Positions 1 through 9,279 of a stretch of DNA of 64,000 nt are shown here, piece after piece. The DNA lies in assembly GCA_963792585.1 (NCBI GenBank), contig CAWBWI010000003.1, positions 800,001 to 864,000 of the forward strand, written 5' to 3'. Both the position numbers and the translations under genes were made by a program. Source of the DNA: Candidatus Eiseniibacteriota bacterium. GTDB lineage: Bacteria > Eisenbacteria > RBG-16-71-46 > CAIMUX01 > VGJL01. The notes under the pieces were generated by a model. That model ran no database searches and was not told the origin of the DNA. It saw only the letters and a list, made by a program, of their open reading frames with translations. Numbering within the stretch: the first letter of the stretch is position 1; each line of letters begins with the position of its first letter.

Positions 1-987
1 GGAAGATCGGCGGCGGAGCGCGCGGCGTTCGCATTCGAGAAATACCTGCGCGGCCGCTTTCCCGCCGCGCCGTACGAGGATGCCGCGGCGCGGGAGGGGG
101 TCGTCCTGCTCCACGCGCACCAAGGATGGGAAGGGGCGCGGACCGTTCACCTACGCAAGGCGCTGGGCGTGCCGATCGTCACCTCCTTCTATGGCCGCGA
201 CGCGACCATGCTGCCGCGCAAGGCCTACTGGCGCGCGCTCTATGCGCGGCTGTTCCGTGAAGGAGACCGCTTCATCGCCGAGGGACCCTACATGGGCCGC
301 ACGCTCGAGGCGATCGGCTGCCCGCTGGAGAAGATCCGCGTCGTCCATCTCGGCGTCGATCTCGCGAGGATCCCCTTCGTCGAGCGCCGCCCCGATCCGA
401 GTGGACGGGTGACGGGCCTGATCGCGGCGAGCTTCCGCGAGAAGAAGGGGATCGCCTATGCGCTGGAGGCGCTCGCGCGCCTTGCCCCCCGGCGACCCGC
501 GCTGCGGCTACGGATCATCGGGGACGGACCGCTCCGGCCGGAGATCGAGCGGAGGGTCGCGCGTCCGGATCTCGCCGGCAGGGTCGATCTCCTGGGATAC
601 CGGGACTTCCCGCTCTACCTCGAGGAACTCCGCAGGGCGGACTTCCTCATGGCTCCGAGCGTGACGGCCGCTGACGGCGATTGCGAGGGAGGAGCCCCGG
701 TCTGCCTCCTGGACGCCCAGGCCTCCGGGCTGCCGATCCTCGCAACGACCCACTGCGATATCCCCGAGGTCACCGTGCCCGGCCGCTCTGCGTTCCTTGC
801 GCCGGAGCGGGACGCGGCGGCGCTCGCGGAGAACCTCGAGCGGCTCCTCGCCCATCCGGAGGAGTGGCCGGCGATGGGACGCGCGGGGCGCGCGCACGTC
901 GAGACGGAATTCGATGTCCGCCGGCAGGGGGAGCGGATGGCGGCGCTCTACGATGACGCGTTGAAGCGCCCGCGGGGCGGGGCGTAG
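1..987 (+). CDS. Glycosyltransferase family 4 (WcaL-like), 5'-partial
   Basis: Frame 1 is open from base 1 (LLHAHQG...VPIVTSFYGRD); GT-B motifs REKKG and DCEGGAPVCLLDAQASGLPILAT. Confidence 0.88.
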   Translation, partial: GRSAAERAAFAFEKYLRGRFPAAPYEDAAAREGVVLLHAHQGWEGARTVHLRKALGVPIVTSFYGRDATMLPRKAYWRALYARLFREGDRFIAEGPYMGRTLEAIGCPLEKIRVVHLGVDLARIPFVERRPDPSGRVTGLIAASFREKKGIAYALEALARLAPRRPALRLRIIGDGPLRPEIERRVARPDLAGRVDLLGYRDFPLYLEELRRADFLMAPSVTAADGDCEGGAPVCLLDAQASGLPILATTHCDIPEVTVPGRSAFLAPERDAAALAENLERLLAHPEEWPAMGRAGRAHVETEFDVRRQGERMAALYDDALKRPRGGA

Positions 988-1038
988 AGTCTCCCCGGGA
1001 CTCGGTGCTTTGGGGACGATGGAAGAAGGAGGGGTGTG

Positions 1039-2160
1039 GTGGATCCTCGGAACACGAAGCTTGCCAGACCTGCTGGTCGACTATTCCTGCGAGGTCAAGA
1101 AGGGCGAGAAGCTGCTCATCGAGTGCAACGGCTTCGATGCGCTCGATCTCGTCCACGAGATCACGCACGTCGCGGTCACGAAGGGCGCGCACGTCTATCA
1201 CAACTTCCGCCACGATCGGCTGAACCGCCGCTTCCTGCTCGACGCCGACGAGGAGCAGATCAAGGCGCACGCGAAGTACGACCTGTTCCGCATGAAGGAC
1301 ATGGACTGCTTCATCGGCATTCGCGGGAGCGGGAACACGATGGAGATGAGCGACGTTCCCTCGGGGCAGATGAAACTCTTCGGGAAGCACTACGCCACGC
1401 CGGTCCACTTCAAGGTGCGCGTGCCGAAGACCCGGTGGGTCGTTCTCCGCTATCCCAACGATTCGATGGCCCAGAATGCGCACAAGCCGCTCCAGGTCTT
1501 CGAGGACTTCTACTTCAACGTCTGCACGCTCGACTACGGGAAGATGTCGAAGGCGATGGATCCGCTGAAGGCGATGATGGATGCGACCGACAAGGTCGCC
1601 ATCAAGGCGCCGGGCACCGATCTGACCTTCTCGATCGCGGGCCTGAAGGCGATCAAGTGCGACGGCAAGCTGAACATCCCCGATGGCGAGTGCTACACGG
1701 CGCCGGTGAAGACGAGCATCAACGGCACGATCCGTTTCAATACGCCGGCCCTGAACGAAGGGGTCGTATTCGACGAGATCAAGCTGACGTTCAGGAACGG
1801 CAAGGTCGTCGAGGCGGACGCGGGCGGGCAAACGGGGAAGCTCGAGGAGGTCCTGAATCGGGATGCGGGATCGCGGTACGTCGGCGAGTTCGCCCTGGGG
1901 TTCAACCCCTACGTGACCGACGCGATGCTCGATGCCCTCTTCGATGAAAAGATCGCGGGCAGCCTCCACATGGCCCTCGGCAACTCGTACGACGATTGCT
2001 TCAACGGGAACCGCTCCTCGATCCACTGGGACCTCGTTCACATCCAGCGGCCCGAGCAAGGGCGGCGGCGAGATCTGGTTCGACGGCAAGCTCGTGCGCA
2101 AGGACGGGCTGCTTCGTCCCGAAGGAGTTGCAGGGACTGAATCCGAACAAGCTGAAGTAA
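1039..2160 (+). CDS. Aminopeptidase, M29 family; three apparent single-base frameshifts (~1066, ~2058, ~2112)
   Basis: AGGAGG RBS then GTG-DPRNTKLA; motifs NIPDGECYTAP, GEFALGFNP, LFDEKIAGSLHMALG, SSIHWDLV; conserved tail GGEIWFDGKLVRKDG..FVPKELQGLNP lies in shifted frames ending TAA at 2160. Confidence 0.88.
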
Positions 2161-2343
2161 CGCTTCGGAAACCGCCCTTCGCGGGCATGAGACAGACGCC
2201 GGCGCCGGGGGAAATGACCCGACGCCGGCGCGCAATTCAGGGTCGATCGCGGTGCGCAACCCCTGCCGGGATGGGGGGCAGGTGCGGTAGAATAGAGGAA
2301 GGCTGATCGAGAGAGCATCCCAGACGCGCTCACCGGAGGTCGG

Positions 2344-4887
2344 ATGTCCCGTCTTGCGAGATTCCCCCTTATCCCATTGGTATTGCTGCTCTTGTTGACA
2401 CCCGCGGTGGCGGGGGCACGCCATGGGTTGCCGCCGGCGGAGGGCGGAACCTCGATCGAACTCGACCGCCGTTCGCATCCGACACTGACCCAGGCCTGGG
2501 ACGCCGTGCAGAAGGGGGATTGGTCCGACCCGCGGCTAGACGGAATCGAGGGGCTCGAGGGGGCAAGGGTCCTCCACACCGAAGCCGATTGGGTGCTCCT
2601 CTGGGTGAGCGACGAACAGGTCGAGCAGCTGCGCGCCGAAGGCGTGCGCGTCAGTCAACCGAAGTCGCGTCCCGTCGAATCGCCGCGCGCGATCATCCGC
2701 CAGCAGGAGCAGGGCAATCGCAGCATCTCGCAGCTCCAGAGCCTCGCCGATGCCGTCAACGCCGATCGGATGATGGCCCACCTCGACCTGCTCTCGACCC
2801 AGCTGCAAACCCGCTACTACAACACGACCGGGATGCAGGCGGCCACGCAGTACGTCTACGATCGCTTCATCGAGTACGGGCTCACCGATGTTCACTTCGA
2901 CAACTTCACGTACAACGGCTACACGGTTCGCAACGTGATCGGCGTCAAGACCGGCGCGGTCTACCCGAGCCGCCGGTACATGATCTGCGGTCACCTCGAC
3001 TCGACCTCCCCCCAAGCCGCGACCCTCGCGCCCGGCGCGGAAGACAACGGCACCGGGTCGGCGGGCGTGCTCGAGGCGGCGCGCCTGCTCGGCAATGTGC
3101 AGACCGATGCGACGATCTACTTCGTCTGCTTCAGCGCCGAAGAGCAGGGACTCATCGGAAGCGAGCACCTCGCGACCATCGCCGATCAAGAGAACTGGGA
3201 CCTTCGAGGCGTATTGAACATGGACATGGTCGGTTACGATCGTCCGGGCGCGCCCGATCTGTGGATCGAGGGATTCCACGCGAACGCGGGCTCGATCGCC
3301 TTGATGGACGCGCTCGAGGGTGTGGCGAATGCGTACACCGACATGAGCGTCTACCGCTATCCGCAGGATGGTTGGGGAAGCGACCACGAATCGTTCAACG
3401 GCCACGGCTTCCCGGCGATCCTGGCCATCGACTACGACTGGGACAACTACTCCTGCTACCACCAGACGTGCGATGTCGTCGCCAACCTGGTGCCCACACA
3501 GCTCCGGCGGATGGTCGTCGCCGTCACGCTGACGGGCGCGCAGCTCGCCGGTGTGCAGACAACCCTCGGTTCGATTCAGGGGATCGCGGACAAGACGGAC
3601 ACCGGGGACGACTCCGGGGTCACGCTCGAACTCGCCGGAACCGGATACCCGCCGGCGACCTCGGGGGGAAGCGGAGCGTTCACCCTGGCCGATCTGATTC
3701 CAGGCAGCTACGAGCTGCGGGCGAGCGCGGCCGGCTACGTCACGACCACGCAATCCGTGACCGTCACGGCCGGGCATGTCTCGAGCGTCAATATCGCGCT
3801 CGATCCGATCGAGGCATCGGTGGTTCTCGGAAACGTCGCCCTTCAAGGGGGCGGGCTGTCGGTCGGGGCGCGGGTCTTCGCGGAAGGGCAACTGCCGGTT
3901 GCGATCGCGGGGATCGAGGGGAACTATGACCTGGAGCCGATCGTCCCGGGCGCCGTGGTCCTGAGCGCGAACTTCGCCGGCCGGATGCCCGCGTCGCGCG
4001 CGATCGACGTCCCTTCGGGACAGACGGTGACCGGAGTCGACTTCGTGTTGAAGACCGCGTGGACCTTCGAGGACTCGAACGAAGGACTGACCGCCAACGC
4101 GGGATGGGAGTGGGGGAGCGACGCGGTCGTCGGGGCCCACTCGGGCGCAAATGTGTGGGGGACGGTCCTCAACGCGAACTACGTCAACTGCGCCGACTAT
4201 CGACTCGATCTGCCTACGCTCGACTTGCGGTTCTACACGAACGCGCGTCTTCACTACTGGCAGTGGTACAAGACAGAAGCCACGTACGACGGCGGGAACA
4301 TCCAGGTCTCGACCGACCACGGAGCGACCTGGACGCGGGTCGTTCCGGTCGGCGGCTACAGCGACAACCTGCGCGGGAGCTGCAATCCGCTCGCGGGGCA
4401 ACCGGGCTTCGGCGGCAGCCGCGCCAGCTGGACTGAAGTGATCGTGGATCTGAACGCCTACCTGGGCCGCTCGATCCGCGTCCGTCTCTGGTTCGGCAGT
4501 GACGGCGGTTCGAGAGATCGAGGTTGGTACGTCGACGATTTCTCGCTCGAGGGAACCTTGCAACCGTCGGATGTCGCCGAGCACGGCGACGACGACAACG
4601 GTCCGCGAATCCTCGCGGGCCTGACAGTGCAGCCGAATCCGTTCCACGAGGCGGCCGGGATCCGGTTCAGCGCGGGCGCCTCCGGGCCGGCGTGGGTCAC
4701 GATCTTCGACGCCTCGGGGCGGCGGGTGCGCACCATTGCCCTGAGCACGCCGATCGAAGCGGGCGAGACATCCCTCGTCTGGGATGGCCGCGACGACGGC
4801 GGCCGGCGCGCGGCGGCGGGAGTCTACTGGGTGCGCGTATTCACAAGCGGTCGGACCCTCGTCCAACCGGTGACCTTGCTCAAATAG
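2344..4887 (+). CDS. Secreted M28 metallopeptidase with carboxypeptidase-regulatory-like domains, jelly-roll domain and C-terminal FlgD-Ig domain
   Basis: Signal peptide; GHLDS, PGAEDNGTG, AEEQGLIGS, NMDMVG, SDHESF, YHQTCD motifs; tail PNPF...WDGRDDGG...GVYWVR. Confidence 0.88.
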   Translation: MSRLARFPLIPLVLLLLLTPAVAGARHGLPPAEGGTSIELDRRSHPTLTQAWDAVQKGDWSDPRLDGIEGLEGARVLHTEADWVLLWVSDEQVEQLRAEGVRVSQPKSRPVESPRAIIRQQEQGNRSISQLQSLADAVNADRMMAHLDLLSTQLQTRYYNTTGMQAATQYVYDRFIEYGLTDVHFDNFTYNGYTVRNVIGVKTGAVYPSRRYMICGHLDSTSPQAATLAPGAEDNGTGSAGVLEAARLLGNVQTDATIYFVCFSAEEQGLIGSEHLATIADQENWDLRGVLNMDMVGYDRPGAPDLWIEGFHANAGSIALMDALEGVANAYTDMSVYRYPQDGWGSDHESFNGHGFPAILAIDYDWDNYSCYHQTCDVVANLVPTQLRRMVVAVTLTGAQLAGVQTTLGSIQGIADKTDTGDDSGVTLELAGTGYPPATSGGSGAFTLADLIPGSYELRASAAGYVTTTQSVTVTAGHVSSVNIALDPIEASVVLGNVALQGGGLSVGARVFAEGQLPVAIAGIEGNYDLEPIVPGAVVLSANFAGRMPASRAIDVPSGQTVTGVDFVLKTAWTFEDSNEGLTANAGWEWGSDAVVGAHSGANVWGTVLNANYVNCADYRLDLPTLDLRFYTNARLHYWQWYKTEATYDGGNIQVSTDHGATWTRVVPVGGYSDNLRGSCNPLAGQPGFGGSRASWTEVIVDLNAYLGRSIRVRLWFGSDGGSRDRGWYVDDFSLEGTLQPSDVAEHGDDDNGPRILAGLTVQPNPFHEAAGIRFSAGASGPAWVTIFDASGRRVRTIALSTPIEAGETSLVWDGRDDGGRRAAAGVYWVRVFTSGRTLVQPVTLLK

Positions 4888-4972
4888 CCGGCTGTATCAA
4901 GGGTCGCATCGCAGAGACTCCTTTAGAGTTATCAAACAGGGAACAGTTCGAACACTCGGAGGGGGCCGATCG

Positions 4973-6406
4973 ATGATGGCGCGCGCAATTGGATTCTGTT
5001 TTGTGACGCTGGTGACGATGGCATTCTGGGCCGGTTGCGGAAGCGACGGCGGCAAGAAGATCCTCCCCCCTGAAGACGAGTCCCCTCGAATCACCGCGGT
5101 GAATCCGGACAGCGCGGCGGTAGGCGACACGATCGAGGTTCTGGGGACGCGATTCGGTCCCGCGGTGGAGACGAGCCAGGTCCTTTTCGGGGCCTTTCCC
5201 GCGACGATTCCCACGTGGACCGATACCCGAATCCTCGCGGTCGTTCCGATCGGGGCGCAGAGCGGGAGCGTCAGGGTCGTCGCCGGCGGGTTGACCAGCA
5301 ATGCGGTTCCCTTCGAGGTCGGATCGGTGCTCCCTCCGCTGATCAGCGCGCTGAATCCGGATAGCGCGGCGGTAGGCGACACGATCGAGATCCTCGGACT
5401 TCGATTCGGGAGTGCGGGCGCGACGAGCCAGGTCCTCTTCGGGACGCTCGTCGCGAGCACGCCCACCTGGACCGATACGCGCATCCTGGCGGAAGTGCCG
5501 GTCGGGGCGCAGAGCGGAAGCGTTCAGGTCGTCGTCGACGGATTGGCCAGCAATGCCAAGTCCTTCCAGGTCGGATCGGTGCTCCCCCCTCTGATCGCCA
5601 CCCTGGATCCGGACAGCGGCAAGGTCGGCGACACGATCGAGATCCTCGGAGCACGATTCGGGGCTCTGGGCGTGGCGAGCCGCGTCCTCTTCGGTGCGCT
5701 CGCCGCGAGCACGCCCACATGGACGGATACGCGAATCCTCGCCGTGGTGCCCACGGGAGCTCAAACGGGGAACGTCCAGGTCGCCGTCGGAGACATGACC
5801 AGCAACTCCAAACCCTTCCGGGTGGTCGTGGAGCCTCCCCCTGTCATCACGATCGACCGCTTGATCCCCGCGCGCACGGTCGTAGCCGACACCGTGAACG
5901 TCGCTGGATCGGGCTTCGGCGCGACCCAAGAGACGGGCCAGGTCACCTTCGCGGGCCCCGGCGGCGCGCGCATCGAGGCCACCGTCCTCGCCTGGAGCGA
6001 GACGGAAATTCGCGTGCTGGTGCCCGGAGGCATTTCCGACGGTCTCGTTCTCGTCTCCATCGGCGGGACGCCGAGCAACGGCGCGAACTTCTCGCCCGCG
6101 CCGCGGTTGATCTCCTACACGGACGATCTGATTCCCTTGTTCCAGGCGAAGGGATGCATCTCTTGCCACGGGGGTCAGAACAATCTTCACCTCGAATCCG
6201 CCAAGGCGGCCTTGAGCGGCGAGAGCGACCACGGCCCTGTTATCCTGGTGCGCGACGGCGTGAACAGCATCCTCTATCGCAAGACGACCCCGACCCCTCC
6301 GTTCGGCGACCGCATGCCGTCCGGCTGCTCGGGCCAGGTCTGCGTCTCCGCTGCGGACGGTCTGTTGATCACCGATTGGATCGATCAGGGGGCGAGGGAC
6401 AACTAG
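4973..6406 (+). CDS. Lipoprotein with four IPT/TIG domains and a C-terminal monoheme cytochrome c domain
   Basis: Lipobox WAGC; repeats PxIxxxNPDSxxVGDTIExLGxRFG; CISCH heme motif and distal RMP. Confidence 0.8.
   Translation: MMARAIGFCFVTLVTMAFWAGCGSDGGKKILPPEDESPRITAVNPDSAAVGDTIEVLGTRFGPAVETSQVLFGAFPATIPTWTDTRILAVVPIGAQSGSVRVVAGGLTSNAVPFEVGSVLPPLISALNPDSAAVGDTIEILGLRFGSAGATSQVLFGTLVASTPTWTDTRILAEVPVGAQSGSVQVVVDGLASNAKSFQVGSVLPPLIATLDPDSGKVGDTIEILGARFGALGVASRVLFGALAASTPTWTDTRILAVVPTGAQTGNVQVAVGDMTSNSKPFRVVVEPPPVITIDRLIPARTVVADTVNVAGSGFGATQETGQVTFAGPGGARIEATVLAWSETEIRVLVPGGISDGLVLVSIGGTPSNGANFSPAPRLISYTDDLIPLFQAKGCISCHGGQNNLHLESAKAALSGESDHGPVILVRDGVNSILYRKTTPTPPFGDRMPSGCSGQVCVSAADGLLITDWIDQGARDN
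5084..5839 (+). repeat. Three intragenic 252-bp tandem repeats (IPT/TIG units); a fourth diverged unit follows
   Basis: Units start at 5084, 5336 and 5588 with similar DNA (e.g. ggcgacacgatcgag, tggacNgatacNcgNatcct). Confidence 0.85.
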
Positions 6407-7041
6407 TCTCCCGCCTCTTCCCGTGAACGCGCTCGGCCGAGCGGCGCATGCCGGCCGAGCGGCAGCACGAAAAAGAGAACCCACGCGATCGCCGCGACCA
6501 GGAGTCCTCCAAGGACATCGATGAGATAGTGCTGCTTCGTGGTGAGGGTCGAGACGGCGATCAACGCGGTCCACAGGAGCAGGAGCGGACCACGGCGGGC
6601 TTCGGCCTTCCGCCAGATGAGCCAGCAGCAGGTGGCCAATCCCACGTGCAGCGAGGGGAAGCAATTGTTCGGCGGGTCGATCGTGCGGACCCAGCGAAGG
6701 ACGGCGCCCGAGAAACCGCCTCCCGCGAAGGCAAGGCGCTCGATCATCGTCGGGTGGATCAGAAAGACGATCCCGCTGCAGGTGATGACGAACGCCGTCG
6801 CCCCGACCGCCCTCCAGATCCACGGTTGTTTCGCCATTCGCATCCCGGTCAGCGCCAGGAGCGGATAGTAGCTCAAGTAGACCCAAACGCTCGCCGGAAT
6901 GACCGGGATCCGACTCTCGATGGTGAAGAACGGCAACGAAGACGGGGCGCCGGTCGGGAAGTAGTTCGTGATTCCATAGAAGAGGAAGCAGTAGGCGGCG
7001 AGTCCGGCGAGGAGGATCGCTGCGCGGGGAACCGTCAACAT
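6403..7041 (-). CDS. PAP2-superfamily membrane phosphatase/phosphotransferase (Aur1/IPC-synthase-like)
   Basis: GGAGG RBS before ATG 7041; hydrophobic; motifs NNCFPSLH and STLTTKQHYLIDV. Confidence 0.8.
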   Translation of the reverse strand: MLTVPRAAILLAGLAAYCFLFYGITNYFPTGAPSSLPFFTIESRIPVIPASVWVYLSYYPLLALTGMRMAKQPWIWRAVGATAFVITCSGIVFLIHPTMIERLAFAGGGFSGAVLRWVRTIDPPNNCFPSLHVGLATCCWLIWRKAEARRGPLLLLWTALIAVSTLTTKQHYLIDVLGGLLVAAIAWVLFFVLPLGRHAPLGRARSREEAGD

Positions 7042-7158
7042 GCCTCCCTGATCCGAACCGGCAGCGGACCGCGCCGGGCAAGCTCCCATTAGATGTTGCG
7101 GATTTCCGGGACCGGCCCCTAGAGTCTCCCGGTGGTCAACTCTCGAGCACTCAAGGCG

Positions 7159-7794
7159 ATGTTTACTACCCGTGCGCTGATGGAAGCAAGGGGACCGATT
7201 CTGGTCCTGGCGTTCCTCGTCGTGGCGGGCGCCTTCTGGTGCTGGCCGGCTGCAGCGATTCCGGGGGTCCTGCTGGCGGCCGTCATCGCCTTCTTTCGCG
7301 ATCCTCATCGGTCGATTCCCGCCGATTTCAGGGCCATCGTCGCGCCGGCCGACGGGAAGGTGGTCGACGTCTCATACCAGCGTGAAGATCTCTTCTTCGA
7401 ATCGGAGACCACGCGGATCTCGATCTTTCTATCCGTGTTCGACGTGCATGTCCAGCGTGCGCCGATCGCCGGGGAGATCAGACTCATCCGTCGATCGACC
7501 GGCGGCTATCTCGACGCGCGGGATCCCCGATCCTCCGTGGCCAATGTGAGCCGGACGATCGGGATCGAGACACCCGACGGATTCCGGGTCGTGGTCCGCC
7601 AGGTGGCGGGGATGATCGCCCGGAGGATCGTCGGTTGGGAAGAGACGGGAGCGGTATTGGCAAAGGGACAGAGACTCGGCATGATCCGTTTCGGCTCCCG
7701 GGTCGAGCTCTACCTGCCCCCGGGAACCGAGGTCGTGGTGAAACCGGGCGAGACCGTGAGGGGAGGCGAGACCGTCCTTGCGCAAAGACGATAG
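7159..7794 (+). CDS. psd: Phosphatidylserine decarboxylase proenzyme
   Basis: FFRDP, APADGKV, SIFLSVFDVHVQRAP, QVAGMIARRI, and the GMIRFGSRV self-cleavage motif; start could be 7132 or 7159. Confidence 0.92.
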   Translation: MFTTRALMEARGPILVLAFLVVAGAFWCWPAAAIPGVLLAAVIAFFRDPHRSIPADFRAIVAPADGKVVDVSYQREDLFFESETTRISIFLSVFDVHVQRAPIAGEIRLIRRSTGGYLDARDPRSSVANVSRTIGIETPDGFRVVVRQVAGMIARRIVGWEETGAVLAKGQRLGMIRFGSRVELYLPPGTEVVVKPGETVRGGETVLAQRR

Positions 7795-8611
7795 GGCGTC
7801 CACGAACGGGAGCCCCGATCTCGGTTCCTCTGCGAACGGCGAGTCCAGGAAGGAGGACGGGAGGAAGTTTCCGATCATTCTCCTTCCGAACCTGCTGACG
7901 GCCGGCAACCTCACCTGCGGCTTCCTGGCGATGACCTGGATCTTCCGCTACCAGAGCGGCGACTTCGGCCCGATCCACATGGCGATCCGCTATATCCTGG
8001 CCGCATTCGTCTTCGATTTCTTCGACGGCCTGCTCGCGCGCGCGGTCGGCCACACGTCTCCGTTCGGCAGCGAATTCGATTCGCTCTCCGACATGGTGAG
8101 CTTCGGAGTGGTGCCCGCATTCCTGGTCTACCGGATCGTTCTGGAGGATTTCCAGCATCTCGGCATTCTGGTCGCCGCGGCATATCTCGCGTGCAGCGCC
8201 GTCCGCCTCGCGCGGTTCAACGTGCTCGCCCAGCGCAAGTGCGTCGACATCGAGGACGAGTTCGTCGGCTTCCCCATCCCCACGGCGGCCGGCCTCGTCG
8301 TGAGCATGACCCTCTTCATGATGTGGATGACCGGGCAGAACCACTCGTTCGGGAAGTGGCAGATCGTCCTCCCGATTCTGATGCTCGTGGTCGGGGTCCT
8401 GATGGTCAGCACGATCCGCTACCCGGCCTTCAAGCACGTCGAGTGGACGGCGACCCGCTCGGCGCTGGCCTTCTCCGTCGGCGTGACGGTGATCATCCTC
8501 CTTGCCATCCACTTCAACGTGACCCTCGCCGGAATCTTCCTTTCCTACATGCTCTTCGGTCTCGTGCGCCACGTGGTTCGACTCGCCCGCAAGCCGGGCA
8601 TGGCCGCCTAG
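7778..8611 (+). CDS. pssA: CDP-diacylglycerol--serine O-phosphatidyltransferase
   Basis: LPNLLTAGN, CDP-alcohol motif DFFDGLLAR...FGSEFDSLSDMVSFGVVP, RLARFN, FVGFPIP; overlaps psd. Confidence 0.92.
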   Translation: MRKDDRASTNGSPDLGSSANGESRKEDGRKFPIILLPNLLTAGNLTCGFLAMTWIFRYQSGDFGPIHMAIRYILAAFVFDFFDGLLARAVGHTSPFGSEFDSLSDMVSFGVVPAFLVYRIVLEDFQHLGILVAAAYLACSAVRLARFNVLAQRKCVDIEDEFVGFPIPTAAGLVVSMTLFMMWMTGQNHSFGKWQIVLPILMLVVGVLMVSTIRYPAFKHVEWTATRSALAFSVGVTVIILLAIHFNVTLAGIFLSYMLFGLVRHVVRLARKPGMAA

Positions 8612-8630
8612 GCGGGCAGCGGAGAGGCCG

Positions 8631-9272
8631 GTGTTCCTCGCCGCGAGCGTGCTCGCCGGGTTGGTCTTCGGCTTCGTCGCGTGCGTGCCGATCGGACCGG
8701 TGAACATCACCGTCGTTCATCAGGCGCTGCGGCGGGGAGTGCGGACCGGGTTCCTCACGGGCCTCGGGGCGATCTGCGGGGAGACGGTCTACGCGGGAAT
8801 CGCGCTCGCGGGCCATGCGCGTCTGCCGCAGAATCCCACGATCCTCCTGATCGTCCGGATCTTCGCGGTGGGCGTGGTGGTCACCCTCGGGATCCGGAAC
8901 CTGCGGCATCGTCCCGACGTGGAAGAGTCCGAGAGGATCGCCGAGAAACTCGACGTGCGCTACCACCATCCGCGCGCGCTGTTGCTCGGGTTCCTGATGA
9001 CCATCACGAACCCGGGTCTCTTCATTCTGTGGGCGACGCTCGCCGCCTTCCTCTTCGCGAACGGATGGGTCGATCCGAACTTGCCGAGCCGTGCGGCCTG
9101 CATCGGGGGCGTGTTCTCGGGCGGACTCCTGTGGTATCTCAGCCTCGCGACGGTGGTCGGTCGCGCTCACCGGAGCGTCCGGCCGGAGACGATCAACTTC
9201 CTCATCAGACTATGCGGTGTCGTCTATCTGCTGGTCGCCGTGGTGTTGATCTACAAGATCTTCAGACCATAG
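8631..9272 (+). CDS. LysE-family transporter
   Basis: PIGPVN motif, GFLMTITNP motif, about six hydrophobic segments. Confidence 0.8.
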   Translation: MFLAASVLAGLVFGFVACVPIGPVNITVVHQALRRGVRTGFLTGLGAICGETVYAGIALAGHARLPQNPTILLIVRIFAVGVVVTLGIRNLRHRPDVEESERIAEKLDVRYHHPRALLLGFLMTITNPGLFILWATLAAFLFANGWVDPNLPSRAACIGGVFSGGLLWYLSLATVVGRAHRSVRPETINFLIRLCGVVYLLVAVVLIYKIFRP

Positions 9273-9279
9273 CGGGTGG

